Assembly (NCBI GenBank): GCA_040954595.2
Contig: CM082578.2
Coordinates: 7,177,519 to 7,241,518, forward strand
Length of the DNA: 64,000 nucleotides
Reading direction: 5' to 3'
From: Balanoglossus misakiensis
Taxonomy: Eukaryota > Animalia > Hemichordata
Shown here: piece by piece, positions 37,777 to 52,222 of the stretch
How the letters are laid out: each line of letters starts with the position of its first letter
Numbering within the stretch: the stretch's first letter is position 1
Notes under the pieces: generated by a model
Database searches by the model: none
What the model was told of the DNA's origin: nothing
Seen by the model: only the letters and a program-made list of their open reading frames with translations
Translations under genes and position numbers: made by a program

Positions 37777-40700
37777 CCAGGCAGCCCGGTTGTGAATGAA
37801 GGTAAAATATAGGGTAGGGCCAGGCTTGCACGAGAGGATTGAAATCTCAGTAATTGACAGAGAAAAAAAAATAAAATAGATACAGCAGAGATGTACAGTC
37901 TCAGCTGCCTGTAAATTGAATAGATCAGCTGTAGGGACAACCTACTGTGACAAAATCTAAAGAATATTTTAAACCCCCAGGGGATGTATATCATATCTAC
38001 TGGCCACTGGACCCATTAAGAAAAGAATTTTCATGTGTGTGGTGTCAAATTCTGCCGAATGCAGAAAGAATATTTGCGAAAAAAGCACAAAGGTGAAAGT
38101 TCTTATTCTTTCTCAAGAGGGGATTCAGCTTTGAAGTGTCCCCCTGAATGGCTGATAAAAAATGAGAGAAATATTCTTCTGAAAAGTGTAACTTGAGACG
38201 TGCCAGCCCAACGCCGATTGCCTTTATAAGTAGAGATATGCATGCAGTGACTGGGTTTTTTGTTGCCAGCCCTTTTATACCAAACATCCCCAGTGGGTTT
38301 TCAATTGTGAGAAATGACCAAGTCCGGCGCAGCTCAGGGAATTGCTGCTTTCCCAGCTGTAATTGCATTGGCCCCTCACAGAAAACACAGGAAAATTGCC
38401 AGAATCAAAGTGTTTCAACAAAAGGAGTGAGGCACAGAAAAAAATCCTGTTAGAGAGACTGAATGTAGAGCAAGCAAGCGAGTGTGAGAGAGTAAGACTG
38501 AGAGAGAGAGAGAGAGAGAGACAGAGAGACTGGCCATCAGAAAGACAGAGAGTGAGAAAGATAGTGGCACAGACAGTGGAGTGGTCTAAGTTACAAATGG
38601 CAGAAACACATCACAAAGAATTCCTCTCTGGTAGATGCCTGAGATGGCAGAAATAACAGAAGATTAGGCCCTTGTAGTCGCGTTTGTATAAATGTTGTGT
38701 TTGTTAAGACAGTCCACAGACAATCAATGCCTAAAAGTATATAATGTTTCCTTACATTGTGTCAGAGGTCGGGGATTTTCTTGACCCGCTCAAACAGAAG
38801 CACATCCCCCTATTAGATAATATTTATTTATGCTTAGGGATTGACTGAGGCTTGTGGTGTCTGGGGGGATTGGAGCCTATTGGAAATAATAGCTAATGAG
38901 TGACCAAATGACCTGTGTTCTGTGCACAGAATACTCTTTTAATTGATTATGTGCTAATTAAGGCTAATTAAGTGGTGACTTCTTTTTCACTGAGGGAAAA
39001 GAAGTATTTAGAAAAAAAAAGAGAGAGACCGACACAAATGTCCACAGCCGGCGTGCATTGTGGCAGTCATTTCCCAGACACAGACTTTGTTTGGTTTTCC
39101 GTGTAGGTTTTTTTTCCTGTGACATCATCCAACAAAAGGGAACGGGGGTTTCTGTGTTTTTCGACAGGGGTAATGACAATGGACTGGGCGACATCAGCCA
39201 CTGCCAGTAATGAGGACCTATTCCAAAGTAATTCATCCACCATTTAGTAATGCTCAGGCCTCCGGGGAGTGCTGCGTTCTAGAATTACAGTTGTAGTCTG
39301 AGCACAAGAGGGCACCCAGTCCATGGGCTATAGTCGAGAGAGGCAGGCAGGCAGACTGACTCGTTACAATTCAGAGAGCCTCGCTCGATACATAAAGCCC
39401 CCCTTTGCCATACAGAATCAACTCAAGAGTGTTGTATTTTACTAGCCCTACTGAGTTTGTGCATTAGCACAATTATGGTGTCTATTGATGCCTTTGTGTC
39501 GTGCGTCAGCCCGGTTGGGCAAAGATAATGGACACTGGTCCGTCTTAAATACCAGGGGCTCAAGAACAATTTGGCTCCTGTACCTGAAGTATTTCTGAGA
39601 ATAAGCCCGGGTAGCCCGCACATCAGCTGTAACAGATGCGCAGACAAAAGAAAGTCAGTTTTGATCGGGAGCCGTAATTTGTTGGCGCGCTGATGAAGAG
39701 AGGAACTGAGGAGCTGGGGGGATGCTGGCTGATCAATTACCTGCGCCTGGGGCTGAGTTCGCCATTTCATTTCATGCTGTCTTTTTGTACATTATACCGT
39801 CATTAATGTATTACCGCCCGACAACATTTTCTCTAAAACCATAGACCTCTCCATGATAAGAAATTATACCTGTGATTATCGTAGAGTTGCATCTGTCCTG
39901 ATGGCAGAATCTGTTTTGTTTGCAGATTGACTGTCGTCTGCCTTTTTAGGTTGTCAGGGCTTTTTGTTTCGTAAATCTATTTTGATCAAGTCTGAGAGTT
40001 TGATGTCTGCAGAAGTGGTTAAAATTACTTCTTTGTATCATTTGGAGTTCTAGTTCTCTCCATAATCATGTAGCTGCAGTCAAGTTGTCCTAAAACTGCT
40101 CTTCTGGGGGGGGGGGGGGGGGGACATCCTGAAACCAGAGTACACGTGTCCCAGTCCTCAGTCTACGTTTGCCTTCATTTTCCCTCTCCAGTAAATTGTA
40201 TCATTCTGCCTTTGTAGCTGCATAGTAGTTAAGTTTTCTTAATTTAGCCGGCAGGTTGTGATAATGATTTGATTCTATTGTCTGGTCCCTCTGATTGAGC
40301 CAGGGGATTAGGATAACAAAATGGAAGCCAAGCCCAGGCCTTACCCAATCATTAGTCATTAATAGATTTGAGAGTTCACCGGGATTGCAGCTTCCAGCTT
40401 TTGTAATTAAATTTTTGGATCCATAAATTGCAAGGTCGCAGTTCACCGTATTTTCATATATTTTCACTTTTTTTAGCTGCAGGGTGGAGTCGGTTGCTAT
40501 CACTCAATCACTGAGTTGAAAAGATTCAGAGTATGTGTAGTTTTTGGTTCCTTGGAAAATAATAGCCTGTGCACTGGGTATGGTGTTTTAGTTGAGAAAT
40601 GTGTCATGCTGATCCTACCCCACTCTTTGTTCATTGTTTGTGTGGAATAATTTAGAAAAATTAAAAAAGATATGTATTCTCTGACAGAAAATTGCTTTCT

Positions 40701-43700
40701 GACTCACTGATGATGTGAAGGGTGGTTTATGTAAACAAAAAAATAGCACGTCACTGGTGGTCGTTTGTTTGTTGTAATGATAATGCCAATTTCTTTGACG
40801 TATATTAGAATGTTCAAGGATTTGATACCCTCAAGATACTGTTTTGGGAATGTCAGAAATGAAGTGTGTATCTTTGAAAACTTCCTGTTTGCTGAACTCT
40901 GGTGGGGTTAAGAAACACTCGAAAAAGCTGTTAAAGTTTGCTGGTGGACAAACCATCAAGTCGTAAATATCAAGGTGTGGGTGTACATGTATGTACTTCA
41001 TACAGTAGCAGGCATATGAACAAATACTAGTAACTTTTGCCCTCTGTTTTTTTTCTGAGGGGGGGGGGGCAGTTTTCACTCACACGCAGTCAAGGATGAA
41101 ATGACACCTGTAAAATTTGATAGATTGTCAAAAAAAGGTTGGATCCTGTCCCAGACAAGGGTTGGTACGCCACTTCACTGTGACGAAATGTGCGGGGATG
41201 ATTGCTGGCCGGCCGTGAAGGTCATTGCGAGAAAACCCTGACCACTTAATGGCTCCTTTGAGATCGCAATCAGACGGAATTTTATGGTGTTGATGCTCGT
41301 GTGGACCATGAACTTGAAAGTTGTTTGACTTGTGTCTGGTGTCAACTGATGGAACGTGTTGCTTTTCAATCACATGATTTCCTGTGCGATGATTGATGTT
41401 TCCAAATGATCAGGTAGAGAGGGAAGGATTGAAAATCGCGTGGAAATATCAGATAAAAATACCTTGAATGCAAGTGAAGGGGTGAAGTATTTTCACAATG
41501 GTCATGAAATGGCGAACATCTTTAAAACACTCTTCCCTCGACAAAAGTTGAAGTATTTCGCTGCAGGCTAAGAACATTTCCAGGGAAAGACAGACAGAGT
41601 GACTACGCCAAGTATTCTTGTAGTAGGTATTCTGATGGGTCAATTGCTCTGACTGCAGATATGCAAATGATGGACAGGGAGTCGTTTCCGCATCATGCAA
41701 CTGTGAATAACAGATGGTCGACGGTGCGTTTCCATATATCCGAGTTTTTTAAGCGCCCAGCCATCGCCCTCTGTGGAATGTCGCGTTACCCTCGGACCAG
41801 ATCAGATAAATGCGGGCAGGTTCAGGTATTCCACATTGCACGGCACCACGGCCGAACACCCTAGCAACTATAGCACTTCACCTGTAACAAACATTTACCC
41901 AGAGATAAATTTGACGTTTGGGATCGCTCGTTATGGGATGCGTACGTTTGGTTTATAGGTTGCGTTATTGTTGTCGTTTCAAAAAATATAATTCTGCTGG
42001 TAAAAAGAGCGTGGGGATTTGCTCATCAAACAGAAAGTCTCGTCAGGATTTCTGTTTGACCCCAGGTCGCGAGTAGCTTATCCTCTTATCTTTATTGTTA
42101 TGTCCCCCCTCCCTCCCCCTCCCTCCGCCCTTAAAGAGTACTGTGCATAAGAAAGAAACCCCAATGAAAACCTGGACTGCCCAGGACGTCTAGGAACTAG
42201 ACTGTCTCCTCAGCCATCACCCGGAGCAAGGATTACTGCTACCTTAAACCGAAAAAGGGATTGTGTATGAAGTATTAAGTGGTCAAGAAATGGCACTGTG
42301 TGTCCTCAGGGGAGAGAATAACTCGCATGTTTAAATAGAAAACTCGGGGCTTTGCAAGTTGGCCGGGTGATTTTGGAGAAGTATTAGCAGCACAGTAAAC
42401 AGACCAATGTGTGTGGCAGAGTGTGCCGGAAACAATTGCAACAGTAAATATAACAAAGGAAAGGCTTCTGAGAGTTGCTGGGGAGCTGTGGAGGTTGGTC
42501 TGTGGTTGCAGGGCTTTGCAGTGGGTGGTCAGGAGAGGTTGGGTATCTTCTCCCTTTGGTTCGTTTTCAGTAAAGACGGAGTGTTGAACTCTGTTCCTTG
42601 TGTTGGCTGGTATTGCTAGGTCATGCTGCCCGACGTACACATCTTTACACGACACTGCAAGCTCGTGTTTTGAAGCCATGTGTTCGCGTGTCCCCGACGC
42701 TCAGGCCAGGGTTTTTGACTATACAGTCGAGGTGTGTGAATTATGGGCCGGGGGCTTCCAGTGATGTGTACATTGGAGTCAACTTTTTTGTGACCGAGCT
42801 GTCAGAGCTGAGTGTCATTACCGACTCGAACAGACAGACAGGTATTGATGACAGCAATTGCCATGCCACTTAAACAACAACTGCACCACCCAAGCTCATT
42901 GATGGCCGGCCTACATTAACACCCGAGCTATGCCAAATATGCCGGTTGATCTTTTTATGCTTTTGCCAAGTACCACAGAAGGATTTTCCCCAGATATATA
43001 TATTCGCTGCCATCATGATTCAACTCCACAAGCTTTTTATTGGCGCATAGTTTGCAATCTCACTTATCCGCCAATCCCTCATTATAAACTTTTGACTGAA
43101 TTATTCAGAAACAGTTCGTAAATGAAACAAAAAGCGAAAATAAAAGAATTCTTGAGATGATTGCATGTGAACCAACTCGTGATTATGAGTGACAGCGAAC
43201 AAAGTGTCGAGAGTCTCGTGTCTGCGGATTTCAATGCCAATTAAAGGAGATAATTGACTCGCTTCATTGGAGAAGACCGTGCACAGATTGATTCGGTCTA
43301 TTTCGATCGCGTACATCCTTGGTCCATCTCTAACCTCTAAAAATAAGACTAGTTTAATGAAAATATTTCAGATGCGGAAAAGAAAACCAGAGGAAAGCGA
43401 AATCAGTGCATTCTCGTGGGAGCAATTGGGATTACTGAAGTGTAAATGAACGCAGAATGATTCCGTCATAATTCTATGGCATGAGACTTGTTCAAGAGTA
43501 ATGAATATTTGATTAGGGACGCTGTGTCTGTCTGTAAACTTTGTAAGCATGCGTGTTGCTAATTACTCATCTGAGTGAGCTGGAAGAAAGGGTAATCTGC
43601 GACACTGTGATAACCGTTTGTGAAATGTAATTATGCATATTGACCGTTGGTGGAAACTGTGACTCATGTGAACATGCATTGTCTGGAGTCTGAGCCACGC

Positions 43701-45304
43701 TGCATTTGCTTCCTGCTTTTGAAAACTCTGTTGTTTTCATTTTTCTGCATCCATTTTTCGTTTTTTTTTTAAATAATTGAAAATTTGATCAAACCAATGT
43801 ACTTTTTATGAAAAGTGCAGTCTTATTTTGAAAATCATATTTAAAAATGCTACATTAAGTTGGCTGCAATTATTGGGGTTGTCTGATTTGTCAAGTGTCC
43901 ACACTAATATCTTCAAAATGTGATATCGTATAGGCATCGTAAATTGTATTTAATTACGACTAATTTCATTATTGTCAACAGAACCAATAGAATATTTGGA
44001 AATTGATACTTGTCGTTCAGTTTTATGTCCGACAGGAATGTGAAAATGATCAGAAATGGATGGTATTAGAATAATGATGGGGAATACCACCGTCTCAACT
44101 TTCAATTCATTCATGCCGTTTTAGCAGACGACAAATAAATATTGGGTCGAAGTTCATGAGAAAGATTCATCACAAAGAAGGAATTGCTGAACCAATCACG
44201 CAACTGTCGTCGGATTCATTCATGCTGTTTTGCCAGATGGACTAAAAAAAAGCAGTCGAAAGGCCATGCAACAGAGCGAATGTAACGAGGAAGGCATAAA
44301 ACGTTTTATGACAATATTAAATTCCTCAATTTATATAAATAGCAGACATCAAGTGTGGTTGAAGTTTGAAGCGGCTGGTTGATGGGAGAATGCGGCTAGT
44401 ACTACCAGCATTTTCTTTCACCGTAACCGAAACTGTTGCCGAAATCGCTGTCTGTCTCTCGTGAATCGACGACAAAGACATTTTCTCATTGAAATACACA
44501 CCCCAATAGTGCCTGCTAATCAGGTTCAAGTTAGCATGGTCGCTCAAAATCGCATTGTGCGCCGTTTTTTTCAAAATCAAATTGGAAGCATTCAATCTGT
44601 TGAGACCATTTTGCACTCTGGGAATAAAGCTAATTTGATAATTTTCGGACTGGGTGCTGGCTACCCAAACAGGTTCAGGTGTTGGCTGCAAATTGAATAG
44701 TCTACTCAGAAATTATTCAATATTTAGTCCTGTAATGTATTTGATGATCACATATTTGCCAGAGTAATGTACAATACCAATTATACGTTAATTCAACACA
44801 AGTAATCAAATTTCGCCCCGACACAAAAAAAAGAGAGCTGGCGACCTTGGCTGAATCACTAAATGGCAGTTGTCATCAATGGTGAGACAGAAATTTGTGA
44901 GAGAGGGCCCAGTGTTGGATGTCAGTGACAGACAAGCGTGCTGTTGGCGGGTAGTTGACATGTGCGTTGGTTGTATCAATTTCATCAGGTTACTGCAAGT
45001 CAGACTCAGTTTTCCCTCGCTCCAAGGGATAACAGCTTACGGAGTTTGCACCTTCTCGCAGTTTTGACAAAATACAACACTCGTCTTACAGTTTTTATCT
45101 CTCGCTCAATATTACCATTTGAAAAACGTAAAAAAACAACTTAATTCTGCATTTTCAGTTTTTTATACGTTGTTTGATAAACGGTGCTCTAGCAATTACG
45201 TGAATCACATTACATCAGAATTTATTGCTCTGAAGTTCGCTGGGGCCAAATGTGTGTGCAGTTCTTAAATGTACTTGGTATACCAGGCTTTTGTCAATTT
45301 TCAA

Positions 45305-45389
45305 CCCTTTCATCTCCATGGTTTGGTCCAACCCCATTGTTCTGGATGGCGGTGCTGGACCTCTGTACTGGTAAATGGGGGTGAAAGGG
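45305..45389 (-). mobile_element. ~85-bp piggyBac-like mini-element, copy A
   Basis: TCAA-CCCTTTCA...GTGAAAGGG-TTAA; internal sequence homologous to copies B-D. Confidence 0.8.
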
Positions 45390-48300
45390 TTAATGGCAGC
45401 CTTGATTATTTGGCAGTGTTCGGTGCATTTTGGTGATTTGATGACAAAGTGAACAATACACCGCACTCTGAGAAAGGCAAGGAAGTGTTCTACCTGTTAA
45501 ATGTATACCTCCATTCACTTGTTACCATATGTCCAATCTAATGAAAAGGACCCTGAATACAACAGAGCAACATATTAGCTGCCAACTGATTTATATGCAA
45601 AATTTTCCTATATTTTCTCTCCATGCCTTGGAAAAGAAAAGGCAATCAATATTTCCAGCATACTCCACTGCACAGTCAATGAATGGATTCATTTTCAATG
45701 CTGATATGAAGTCTGAAGATTATTATTTTTTTTCTCCCCCGTAGGCTGGGTCAGACGTGTCATCCACCCAGCTTGGCACTTGTCTGGTTTCGCGATAATA
45801 ACGTACACGAAAAATATAACAGATACAAATTCATTTGCTTTGTTGGAAAATCAAGCGTTCAACGCAGCCACTTCAGTTTATGACTGTAATGTGATAAGTG
45901 TGGTTCTCTTTCTTCAGCCTCCCAGGGATGTGATCATGGCTGGCATCTTTTTTCTCCCCCCATCCGCCGATGGTTGCTAGGCAACCCGCGTTCAGATGGG
46001 AAGAGGAAGCTGTTAAGGCGGTGATGTGTTGCTGCACAATCGGCGGCGTTACATCACCAGACTTAAAGCTCTGTTGACCCCGTCCTGATTTCTCTATCTA
46101 AACCTTTTTGTTTGCCTGCATCACCGACTGCTCTCAAGAGCTCTCTGCTTGGGAATCACCATTCACACTAAAGTGATGAGGGTCTTCTAACGGCTATCCT
46201 GACTGCAGCCGCTATGGCTTGTAAGGTGAAAAGTGGACCACTGAATAATGCTGCATTGTATATTTCTCTCATTTTTGACCAATTTGAGATTAACAGCAAA
46301 AACTGGATTTTATTTCCAGACTTGAAATATTTAAGTCTTCATTGAACAGATTGCGCTGCTGACCTTGCCACGATGCATTTCAAATCCGGCATGACTATTT
46401 TGGGTTGAATTAATATACTAACGTAATCTGTCTGAAAAGCTGTCCGACACGTTTTCCCAGTTTATATTTATACGGCGAGATCGCACCGTGGTGTTTTCAC
46501 CTTTTTTTCCCGCCGACTTTCCGTGGGGATTTTTTCCCGCCCGGACTGATGTTGCTTCAGCTGAAAAGTCAGCCTGTAACACCATCCGTCCCAACGAGAA
46601 CAAGTGAAACGTGTGTTGATATAATGCAGGGAAAATAAAGCTGGAAAGCATCTCTGGAATGGCCAGATTTATTTTAGCCAAAATGAATTTGCAACAACTG
46701 GAACTTATCCGGGATTATAAACGGAATAACTGAACAGGGGTTACAGCCACAGCTTTGTCTGTGATAACTGCAAGAACTAGAAGTGACACGTTTTTTGGCG
46801 TGTCTGACGTATGACACCCATCAGTATGGAGGATAACTAGATCAGACAGAAACGAACACCCTGTGTTTGGTCGTTTCAAAATATTTTTCCTTCCGTTGTT
46901 TGGGTTTAACGTTTACATTTTCTCCGGATCCCCACAGATGTGTAGGGTTAAAGTCGTGATGCTATGCGTGTGTGTGTGACTGCGTGGTTTTCCGAAGCAG
47001 CTGTGTCTCGTTGGGCGAATGCCTTGCACCCATGAGAAATCGCCACCATTGGCATTTTTAATATTTTATAGAAATGAAATGTGGAATTCCCCCTGGAAAT
47101 GCACCGGTAATGGTAGAATTGTGTTCTCAGTGTAAGATTACTTCCACGGAAAAAATGACCGGGAGAATTATACCGTCTTCCCAGCGAGCCGACATGTCTT
47201 GTACCGGATTATAGCAATTTTCCCATGTGCTTTGCGGATTACTTTCGATCACACCACGTACGCGGCCCACTTTTGCTCTCCCAGATGTTACAACGACAGA
47301 ACAGGGCATCGCCTGATTGGTTAAAGATCGGGCTAAATTAGAAAACGGAATCGTTGACCCGGTTCTTTGTTCCGCGAAGGAATTTTTGTTTACCTCCAGA
47401 GAGCCTTAGATGGACAGATTATGAGTTTTAAGACATCTACTAATAACGTTTTTTTCTCCCTCTTGGGTCTTTGATGTTTCGGCCAATTGTTGAACCTGCC
47501 GTCATTAAATGGATGCCGACAGAGGGGCTGAGTGCCGAACCCGGGGTCTCTGAAGGTCTCTCCCCACTGTGATGCATACAAGTTGGAGATTACAGAGAAA
47601 AGTGGGCACGGCTCAATGGCAACCCCGAGTAATTATGAAAGTATATAGGCCGGGCCAGAGGATATTGGCTGTTTTTTTTTTTTTTAATGTATGCACTTGT
47701 CGGCGAAAGGGGAGAAAAAGTTCTCCACTTTCTAACAGGTTTTTCACTGTTTATATAATGTAGTGTGTTGGTTGTAGGTGCCGGCTCGCCTTTGAAGGGG
47801 CGCGCGCACAATGGGGAAGAAAAACACACAATGAGAGGGCTAGACTATTATGCTTCAATTTAGACAGCCACCAAGTCTATGAATACTGACTCAAACCCCA
47901 CCACTTCCAACATAATAATATAGGATTAAGTATTAAGTGAAAGAACTACCTTACACTTTCTTCGGATTAATACCCGACCGATATTCAAATTTTATCCTCA
48001 ACAGTGTTACCTGTCTGCCGCGCTCTCTCCTTTGAGAAGCCGACGTCGTCGGGAGGTTGCAAGTCCCTCCGCGCTGGTGTGTATGTCCATCCGTCCAGTG
48101 TCTTGGTATAGCTTCTGTTTGTGTTTACAAGATGTAGGTTGATGCAAGTAAATATGGGCTTGCAATTGAAGGGGGGGGGGGGGGGTCTTTTGATGTCAAC
48201 CGCGCGTAAATTGAAGGATGGGGCTAGAAATGATCGTCTCTGTTATTATTTGTCAGTATGAGTCAATGGCAACAACTAGGGAGCCACATTAGCTAGGGCC

Positions 48301-49913
48301 AGGTCTTCCACTTGCATCTAGAATCATGCTGTGTTCTTCGAGTGGAGAAAAAATCATCATGTTATTAAAAAGTTCAGTCTTGTTTACAATGTACATGTAT
48401 GTGAATGCTGCTGACCATCAACTGTGTGCTCAATGAAGTTAATTCTGTGGTAGCACACTACATAGTACTCATAGTAGTAGGAATGAGCTGGTCATCAGCT
48501 CAAGCCAGTGAGTGTCGGCGGCCCGTTTGCTGTTTAGAACACACTCTGCTATCAGTGACTTCAATTTTGGCACCAGGCACAGGATGTTCACCCAGACAAC
48601 AGGGATCCCCATAACAGATTGTCGACTTTCTACAAGTAGGGGGGGGGGGGAAAGTGTGTATGCTTGAGGAGATCCCGGCCAACAATGAATACGGGCGCTG
48701 ATTAGGTTTGCCCGGGAGTTCTCCGATGGCATGCCTTTGAAGTGCGATCCCGGAGAAAGATAAACCTATACCACCCGTATCCTGTGATCGGACGAGAGAA
48801 TTGCGAAGTAGCCGACCTTATATAAATCCAATGGAGGAATTAATATGGCGAGAAATCAGAGACAATGCATTGTAGTGAAGACTTCTCTTTGAGCTCTGGC
48901 CGCTTTGTTTATTTTGACAATTTGTGAGTTTGCTGAAAAATTCCATGAACCAATTAGAGGGTCATCACTGTGTAAACCGACTCCCCCCCCCCAAGTCATT
49001 CCTGCCTGAGTTGACTTTCAACTCAAAACTATTCCAGACATTTCTGCCCCCATTGAAGACTACTGTAGTGTACTGCACAGAGAAGGGACTGTTGCAAGTG
49101 TAACAAAATGTTACGTACTGTTGATTATTAAATTTAGGTGACTGTCTCGAATTAAAACTGCCAAAAATGTGTATTTTTCAAAAAATATCATTTAGTGTTT
49201 TTCACAGTTCGTTTCCTTAATGCCCGATTGTGTCTCCATTAGGACATGTATTATGTTTGTTTATTTTTACGGCCATTGCTTCATTTGATTTTGTGTGTTT
49301 AATCACAAAACAAATCAAATAGGAAGTTAGAAAATTTGAGATGTGATGTGGTTGTTGTGGTTTATTTGTTTGCTGTCCCAGGACACCGGGTTGAAGTTGG
49401 GTCTATATGGAAGGGCAGCCTCTCTTTAGGCCAAATTGTTTGACGTATTTACTGTTGACGATGCGAGCTGTACTTGGTCCATCCTGTTTACCAGTGTTAC
49501 CGTCATTTTTGGTAAAATCACCATCCTTTGAAAGTGCTTCCCTCTTCAGTATTTTTTTTTGACCTGTTACATAGCAGGAGCACACACAGTTGTTGTGACA
49601 GAGTGATGGATGATTTCTACGGTGCTTGCTACTTATTGACATGCGTCCGCTTGTTATTGGCCATGACATGACACTCCTGTCATGTTAACAAGCACAGGTC
49701 TCACCAGATGGGGTGCAACAAAAAAACAATGTACAAGATCAAGGCAAAGGGGAGAGTATGGGTAATTGGTTGAAGCAAGCTACAACTGCTGTTGTTTTTG
49801 AACGCTGTTATATTGTGGTGCTGTGTACTGGCTAAATTTCTATCTCTCCCTATTTCCTAAAGCACGTTGAACTTGAAGCCACCAAGTTCTAGACTTGTCA
49901 ACGTGGTCTTTAA

Positions 49914-50003
49914 CTTTTTCACCCCCCAGTTCCTTCCCTCTTTAGAGGTCCAACCTTACCATAGAACACAATGGGTTTGGACTGAACCATGGTGGTGAAA
50001 GGG
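49914..50003 (+). mobile_element. ~90-bp piggyBac-like mini-element, copy B
   Basis: TTAA-CTTTTTCACCCC...ACAATGGGTTTGGACTGAACCATGGTGGTGAAAGGG. Confidence 0.8.
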
Positions 50004-52131
50004 TAGAAGGAATAGTTAGTTGGCAATCTGATGCGAGTCCAGAGTAGACCTAGAGGGAAATGAAATCCAGATTTCAATTCACTCGTCGACACAAGCAACG
50101 TACATAGCACCGTAGACAGCAGAAGTAGACTATCTAGGCGAAGGCACTTGAACACAGGCGTTTCTGACGTGCTGACTACTTGATATTTCAACATGTGTTG
50201 TGGGGGGGGGGGGGGGGAGAGACAACAGCGTACTGACTGATAGAGTTTGATTCCTGTCAATGTGTGCTTTGGATAGAAATGTGCACCAAAATAAAGATCC
50301 CGGAATTGGTTGATGAGGAAATATTAACAAGAAATCCTCTGTAAGTTTTCTCACTCGCCGTGAGTTGGCTCAGACACAACAAAAGTTAATTGACATTCTA
50401 GACCTCTCTCTAGCTCTGTTTGACTTTGAATATTCCCCGGAAGTCCAACATCAAACGAATTGAAAACATTATATTGGACCGTCTGATAATTCAATATATA
50501 CACATGTCATGATGATGAAATGCAAAGATGCAGCATGAATGCACACCACATGTGTGAAGATGGAATTTGCAATATTGGCATGGTAAATCCATCGTGAAGC
50601 CATTAATCTAACCAAATAAACTAAAACTGGGTAAATGGGGAAAACGGCAGAAATAATGGCTGTGTTGCTTGGTTACGGTGTCGCCACTCAGTATAGGTGT
50701 CTTTAGCTATTTTTTAAATACTTTATGAAACACTCATTAAAAATTCACACATGGATTAATATTAGTCGTATAAATAAACTGAAGAAGCAGTTTATCAAAG
50801 TGGTATTGTATCAGGGGTTTTAGAGATATGAATTTGCGGATTTTTTTCCTAGCTTAGAGTCACTTTTTGAAAAGTATGAATTCATGCATCTTTAATGCTG
50901 GTACTGGGGCTTCACTTAAAAATCCACTGTTTGAAAATAGCACGGTTGCTGTTTGAGGAGAGATTTTATTTGGCTTCCGAAACGTTGTTAATATGATTTT
51001 CACAGATCCTCTGCACACAAGTCGCATCGCTGGGAGTTTTAATGAAGTCTCCAATGCGCAGCTTCGGGCAATATTTGTATTCTGACATTTTGCAAAATTA
51101 ACTTGTGACTCGGTGGAATTGGGGGAGGAAAAAAAAGAAGTTTGATTGATGATGATTCGAGGCGAGCGCACGGGTCTGATCGAAATGAATCTTTAAGTGA
51201 GTTCGGTTGAAGGAAACCAGGTTTAATACGAAATGGAAATGATAGTGCGTTCGGAGCGGTGTGGTGATGATGATAGGTAAGGGTGATCATCCATCATGGT
51301 TAAGAGAGATGTCAGTCCGATTTCATTTCCGATGCGAATTTGCTATTTGTTACAATCGGTCGTGTAGTTGGGTCATGGAATGAGACAGATATCAAGAAAC
51401 TGGCAGACTACACATGTTTGTCGTCTGCTCATCTTAATTGTCACTATTTTTCCTGATTCTGAAAAAAAATGAATTTAGATGTCGAGTATGACTCCGGGTG
51501 CTGACACAACAGAGGAATCGTCGTTTTCCTTGATAGTAACGTGAAAATACACGTATCGAGTTTCAATCTACAAGTCTCCATCAGTGACTCATCCATCACA
51601 GGTTGATGAAGTAGTGTCAATTTTCCAAGATGCACGATTTGTCCTGTTCCATCATCTCCGCGACACGGTATTAAATTTTTAACCAAATTTGCAATCCTGC
51701 TTTATAGAGGATGGCATGTTTGGGGGCTCATATTTCATTTCTGCTATTGTGAGGCCAAATTTCAATGCAGCCCACCTGGGAAGTGAATTGCTGAGGAATG
51801 GATACGCGTTTGATGAATTTCGACTGCCCCGATATTATTGTAAAAAATTATCTCGGTCTTCAGGGAAATGCCCGTAATGAAACGAAATTGGATGATTTGG
51901 GGGGAAGTGTTTTTCCAGACTGCTTTGGCAGGACATACAATACTTTGCAGCAATACCCCCCCCCCCCCCCCCCTTCCCCCAAATAGTTATGATGTCTGTG
52001 AAATGGTGCACTTTCCATAATGGACATGTTTTATAAGGCTGCATTAGCCAGATACTGTGCAAACATTTGGTAACATGACCACGTGTGTGTGAATATGGCA
52101 ACCCTCATCCCCAACATGCTTCTCTGAATTG

Positions 52132-52222
52132 GTAGTCTAGATCCCAGACTCCTGTGTTTTTTTACTCTATCCTCCTATGTGGAGCATTGAGTAAAATCAC
52201 AGGAGTTTGGATTCTAGGCTAC
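52132..52222. repeat. ~90-bp palindromic (foldback) element, probable tiny MITE
   Basis: Arms GTAGTCTAGATCCCAGACTCCTGTG..TTTTACTC and GAGTAAAATCACAGGAGTTTGGATTCTAGGCTAC pair over ~35 bp; TA at both ends. Confidence 0.75.

Noticed and set aside
37766-37801. tgcag|GTCAAAGGT (VKG...) as possible PDZRN exon 4
   Set aside because: In-frame stop after 9 codons and no PDZ helix motif; better explained as a DR1 element.
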